A stretch of 64,000 nt of DNA, from NCBI GenBank assembly GCA_964252035.1, contig OZ176201.1; one strand, 5' to 3'. Both the position numbers and the translations under genes were made by a program. Source of the DNA: Podarcis erhardii (taxonomy: Eukaryota). The notes under the pieces are model-generated. The model did not search any database and was not told where the DNA came from. It saw nothing but the letters and a program-made list of their open reading frames with translations. Each line of letters opens with the position of its first letter. The stretch's first letter is position 1. Positions 58,405 to 64,000 of the stretch are shown in pieces.

Positions 58405-61400
58405 TCAAGTGTAGGAAAGGAGGTTAAGGTCATACGAGCCATTCACCTGAAACAAGAAAGATACAGAGAACTGTTTTTAGCAAAGAGTCAACATACTGGG
58501 AATGTTACAGGGTGTATGTTTCTCCCACACAGCCTTTATTCCCTCCAGTGGACAGAATACTGGACTTGAGCTCAGGGGGAGCTGAATTCAAATTTCCACT
58601 CATCCAACAGGGTAACCTTGGGGGGAGTCACTATGCTGTAGCCCAAACTGCCCCAGGTTAAAATACAAACACTTCATGCAAGCCATCCTTAAGTTCCTTA
58701 GAGGAAGAAGGATACACGATAAACAGAAATTTCATACTGACTGCCAAATTCTTTCATTGCAGCTTTCCTGATTTGCTGCTGGAAACAGGGAAACCAAAGT
58801 GGGCCTTTGGCCTGATCCAGCAGGGCTCTTCTAAGGTTAATGGGTATGCTCTGTGGGCTGCAAAGGCTGAGCCTTTGAAGTAAGTCTTCAAGAGTTCTAA
58901 CTGGACTGCAATGAAGGACACACTCCCCAAACAAGAAGCAAAAGTAATATGAAACTAACATCAAAGCGGCCAATTCGTGCTGCTGGCTGGTTGGCTTGGA
59001 GCATCTCGGTCAAAACCCACATTTGCTGCAGTTCAGAAGACACTTTGTCAGCATCAGGGAGTCCCTGAAAGTGAAGGATAGTTATATATTCATATAAGCA
59101 GTTTCTTTACTGCTTTTGAGGATAAAACATCACATCTCCCCAGAGCCATTCCCTGCCAGGAGCCTGTCAGCAAATCAGAAGCCCCCAGGGTCACCAACAA
59201 TACTTACATCACGCAGGTTTGTTGGCCGCTCCTGAGGAGATGGGTGAGAAAGCCAAGCTGGGAAGCCTTTTTGTGGACTCTGGAAGATAAAAACAGCCCC
59301 AGAGCAAAACACTGCTGATTCTCTACCAACTGGAATGTTGCACTTACACACATTACCCTTTTTACCTTCACCAATTTACTCTCTCAGAGCAGGCTGCCTA
59401 AAGACATAAATACTTGTCTCTACTGCCCACAGGAAAGAATTCACTCTTATGAACTATTACAATCTATTTACCTTAAGCTCTCATAGGAGCATTATTTACC
59501 AGGGGACGGGGGGGGGGCGCAATTCTCACTGTAGAGGTACAGTGTCCAGGATAATGTTTTCCCCCATCTGGATTTCACAGGTGAAAGCTTACTCTAAAAT
59601 CAGCTTTAGAATTGAACCTGGCAACTACAGAGTTAATAACATGGATTATGTACATGAGGGGCTCTGGTAGTTTCATTGGTGAGGATGTGAAATTCATAGC
59701 ATGGAAATTAGAATGAATTGGCAGGGGGAGCCATTAATAAACTTGCTCCATGGGTAGCAGAGATCTTAACCTAAGAGAGTGAAGAAGAACAAGCTCAGTG
59801 AACAGTAGTTGAATTACACAGGAAACAATGATAAAACTCAGGCCAAGCAGCAGAAGAGAACAGGAGACTTGGCTCCACAGAAGCTGAAGGCTAGAAAAGG
59901 AGGACAGAATCAAAGAGATCTAGGTGCAGCATCTTCTCCAGTTCAGATGTGTGACATAGCATTTTGGGGGGGAATAAAGCACAGAGAGCCTGAGTTCAGC
60001 CAGTTATCAGACCCTAGACTGTGTTCTGAAGAAGGCTTCATTTAATGCTGAGCAAGCCATTACAACCATAGAACAATGGTTACAGGTGCTTTGGGGATGA
60101 GTTGAGTATGTACCTTCTGACCCCCAGGGAAAAGCTGCAGCTCCTCAATGGTGAAATGCAGCCATACTGGAGATGGTTGACGCAGGATGAGACGCATGGC
60201 AGCCACTCGGTCCACATCACAGAGCATCTGGCAAAGTAAGGGAGACAATGCATCACTGAAACTGCGCCAAGGCCCTATATCCCTTCAAAACAAAGTAAAC
60301 AATGATTTGCTGTAACATTGTAAGAGCTTCTAATAACTTAGACCTTGATACAAACAACAGGGAATCATTCCAAACTAGCTAGAATACAGTATCAGTAGTG
60401 CCAGGAATTAAGGCCAAGTCGAGGTATTATCATGGTCTGGTACATATAGTAGTAGTTCAGTTCTGAGCATTGGACCTTGTAGATCTAGTTAAATCTCGGC
60501 TCAGCTATAGTTTTCCTGGGTGGATTCAGGCATACCGGCATTTCTGTGTCTCAGATTGTTAAAATCTTAGTTAAAATCCAAACTGTAAGGATCTACCTTG
60601 TTGCAAGAATGGCAAAAGTTAGACCTGTAAAGACCTTTGCATAGTAAAAAAACCTATAGAAAAAATAATAAAAACAGGCATTCATTTTGCCTTTTACTTT
60701 GGGACTGCAAAACCATTACAACTGTCAATCCTTTCCCCTCAGTGTACCTAAACCTTCACTAAGTACTCTTGAAGTTTTGGTGGGCTAGGTTGTAACTCAC
60801 ACTATTAAAAATGAAGTTTGGCTGGGATCCCTATCATTAATAATCTGTTTTCCTGAAAGTTACCAAGCATTACCTTGGTTCTGCATTTCTCCAATACAAA
60901 ACACTCAATGTAGCGGAAGCATTTTAATAAGACTAGCCCAAATGGCGCCTGTAATAGGCAGAGCTGAAAGGTACCCTATGGGCAGTAAGAGCATGCAGAC
61001 TTTTATAATTTTTTAGAAATTCTATTACAGAAACACACAGTCCATACTGTTCCCCCAATTATCATCTGGCACACTAAAGAATGGGTGGGGAACTTCTTGT
61101 TCACCAGGCATTGCAAGACTACTGCTCCCACAATCTCTGACCATTGGCCATGCTGGCTGGCGTCGATGGGAGTCCAATAACATATGCAACCCACAGGTTC
61201 CCTATCCCAGCTCTATTCAAGATTTATTCAGTGGTGGCTAAAGTGTGATGGCGCAACAAAATAAACCAGGAATGTTGTGCGGAGCACAGGTTGCCATTTC
61301 AGACAAGAAACAATATGAATTAGCAGAATAATTGAATCATCTCATAACTGAGATTCCTGCATTGCAGGGGGTTGGACTGGATAACTCTTGCATCCCTTCC

Positions 61401-62265
61401 AATTCTATGATTTATGTGCAATACAAACAGAAATACAGTGGATGCTCGGGTTGTGAACGTGATCCGTGCGGGAGGCACGTTTGCAACCCGCAGCGCTGTG
61501 TCCGCGCATGCGCAGGTTGCAATTTGGCACTTCTGCGCATGCGCCAAAACCCGGAAGTAACCTGTTCTGGTACTTCCAGGTTCGGTGCAGTGCGCAACCC
61601 GAAAACACACAACCGGAAGTGTCTGTAACCCGAGGTATGACTGCACTTACCTGATGTCTGGAGAGAGAGAAGTAATCCTGAGAGCCTTCTTCTGTGTGAG
61701 GGTTGGGCATCAAGCAGTAATTCTGTAGACAAGTAACCCACTTGGGAGGACTTTCGTTCCCACCATCTGCAGGGTTTCGGCGCTGCACCCGTAGAGTCAG
61801 AAAAGCTGTGTAATAGTTCTTGAATACTATTTCCTGCAACTGAGGATAGCAATATGAGGGGAGAACTGTCAAGGATTCCTCCTTTTCTTGCTCAGAAACA
61901 TTACTGGAACCCTTGGAGCAGGTCACTGCTGGAATATCTAAATTACAGCTTGGAGCAAAGTAGAGACACTTGCCTAGGGTAACCAAGTGAGTTAACAAAG
62001 GTGAGTTTTGAAGCAGGTACTTCCTGGTTCACCATCATAGTTTCTTTATCAGCTTTACAGCTAAAATGAGAGATTTCAAACATAAGATCTGACAATTCCA
62101 AGCCCCACACACTTGGTTTTCTCCCATACTTACATCAATGGTCTGTGAGTGTGGAAGCACAACATCAATCACCAGAACACCAGGACGGCCTTGCTCAGTC
62201 CTCATGTCTCCCACTTGCAGTGAGACTGGGCTCTTTAAAATGCAGGGAACAGGCTCATGAGCCAT
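58405..62265 (-). CDS. NICN1: Nicolin-1 (tubulin polyglutamylase complex subunit 5), 217 aa from the human-equivalent ATG
   Basis: Coding exons 62265-62134 (exon starts 62275), 61839-61651, 60227-60114, 59279-59208, 59064-58960, 58446-58405. Motifs GRPGVLVIDV, FKNYYTAFL, LILRQPSPVWL, RIGRFD, YDLNLLSYT*. An in-frame ATG also lies at 62274. Confidence 0.96.
61348..61412 (+). mobile_element. CR1 LINE 3' end
   Basis: CTGAGATTCCTGCATTGCAGGGGGTTGGACT...AATTCTATGATT. Confidence 0.8.
61436..61643. mobile_element. Related Tc1/mariner (pogo/Tigger-like) MITE in NICN1 intron
   Basis: Imperfect TIRs CAGTGGATGCTCGGGTT / AACCCGAGGTATGACTG; TA on the left, CA on the right; CpG-rich interior. Confidence 0.75.
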
Positions 62266-63199
62266 GGTCCCCATGCTGGAAGAGAGCAGTGGACTCCATT
62301 AAGCAGCACATAAATATTACAACCTCCACCTCCCTACACTGAAACCCGGGAACCTGCCCCGTTTATTATTATTATTATTATTAGTAGTAGTAGTAGTAGT
62401 AGTAAATTGAATAGTAAAGCGCAGGGCAGCACACACACCAGCAACAAAGCATCCATTCAGAATTCCAATACAAATGCAGACTACTAATGACTATAACATG
62501 TATATTTGAGGGATCATATTCCACCAACAAAGCAAGTTCTGCAGATCACCCTGTAGCATGATAGCTTTGTTTCACGTATCTGATACTGCCTGCTATGAAA
62601 GGCCATGGTCCAATAAAACCAAGAAGGTACAATCCTATGTATGCTTACTTGGAAGTAAGCCACATCACATTCGGGGGTGAGGGGCACACTTCCAATTAAA
62701 GACATATGGGATCAAGCTCCTCCAAGCTTATACATACTATTTTTTTTTTTAAATAAACCAAACATTTTAGCAATAAAAACGTAGCAATAATATAATGATG
62801 GCCACACAGGCTTCCTTACTGTCAATTAAGCAGCTCGGTTTTTTACTTAGCAAAGCTGGAGCGTCCCTTAAGAAGAGAAACACGGACGCACTCACCCCAC
62901 TCCCGGTTAAGCCCAAGACAAGCAACGCTAAGCCCCCTCCCCGAGAGTAACGGACCCGTCGTCACCCGCGGAGGGCGGCGGGGACGCGCCCAGGTCCAGG
63001 CCCTTCCTTTGCCCACCCAGCGCATCTCTGGGACTCGCCTGCAGCCGCTCCCTGCTCGCTCTCGCGCCTCCTCCCTCTTCCTCCTGTCAACCTCCTGCTT
63101 TAAAGCGGGTAGAGGAGCCGACAGAGAAGAGCGAAGCAGTCCCCCCCCCCCACGGCTTCCCCTCACCCGCTTAGCAAGCGCAAAGCCACTACAAACATG

Positions 63200-63634
63200 G
63201 CAGCGCCGCACGTCACGAACGTTGCCACTACTACGGAGAACGAGGAGGCGGAAGCCTTTGTTGCTAGGGCTCGCTTGGCGTCGCGCACGCGTGACGACAC
63301 CGCGCCCCGCCCGCCTAAAGGCGGTGCTAACGGGAAAGAGGGGCGGGGCTTTAACTTGAAGCCGCCTTCCTAGAGACGTGTCTGCTGCGGCGCCTTGGCA
63401 ATGACGCAAAGCGGTCGCATTTCTAACCTGTCCGCGTTGCTGCGGCAACGCGATAGCTAGCGTTCTGATTGGCCGACAAGCACCGCCGCTCTCGGCCGCC
63501 ATTGGATGCTTAGGATGCTTGGACACGTCCGGCGCACTGATTGGTCGACCGGTTCGGAAGGGAGTTTTTACGGAGATGTCGTGGTGGCTGGTTCTGTCGG
63601 CTGTAGGCGGAGTGGCACCTCCGGGCCGGGTCAG
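63200..63634. promoter_or_regulatory. Bidirectional CpG-island promoter NICN1 / GMPPB
   Basis: Three ATTGG (inverted CCAAT) boxes at 63468, 63501 and 63540; GC box at about 63341-63349; X-box-like palindrome 63436-63449; YY1-like AAACATGGC at 63193-63201; outward-facing donors at 63166 (minus) and 63635 (plus). Confidence 0.85.
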
Positions 63635-63870
63635 GTGAGTTACGCGGTGCTGAGTGCGGAGGGGTGACGTTGGCTACGACTACGGGCTTCTGGGTCCGGT
63701 CCTGAAGAGCACCGAGGGCTCCAGGGGCGGCGGCGGCGGCGGCCGGGCTCTGAGCTCGAGGGGCTGCCGGCAAGTCCTGCTTGGTGGACGCGGGGAGGTT
63801 GGGACACCATCGAGGGGGACCTGGCAGGCAGCGGGGCCGGTAGAGGCCTTGGGGGCGGCGTGGGGTCTGA

Positions 63871-64000
<130 letters not shown>

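Noticed and set aside
7957-62275. U12-type (minor) introns in the mapped genes
   Set aside because: None of the mapped donors has the RTATCCTT consensus.

Overview
Vertebrate (not prokaryotic) genomic DNA from a squamate reptile, most likely a lacertid lizard, judged from Sauria/Squam-type SINEs, CR1/L2 tails and squamate MITEs. I hand-spliced five protein-coding genes in the order UBA7(-) / TCTA(+) / AMT(-) / NICN1(-) / GMPPB(+, runs off the right edge). UBA7-TCTA and NICN1-GMPPB are head-to-head, and an orphan TATA/CCAAT promoter near 4.0-4.35 kb points out of the window. Best leads: (1) the spliced TCTA mRNA appears to assemble a calicivirus/influenza-B-like termination-reinitiation (TURBS) layout upstream of a UGAUG stop/start overlap, followed by a 151-codon ORF that ends inside the poly(A) signal; (2) UBA7 is intact for 21 coding exons (908 aa) but I find no recognisable exons for its C-terminal ubiquitin-fold domain in the remaining 8 kb, only a possible replacement terminal exon; (3) inverted TE pairs bracket in-frame exon blocks of AMT and UBA7; (4) an RFX X-box, an ISRE, a ZNF143 site with a possible spliced antisense RNA, several uORFs and a GC-AG intron. 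All homology calls come from recalled protein sequences and by-eye reading, with no searches run. Repeat boundaries are approximate.
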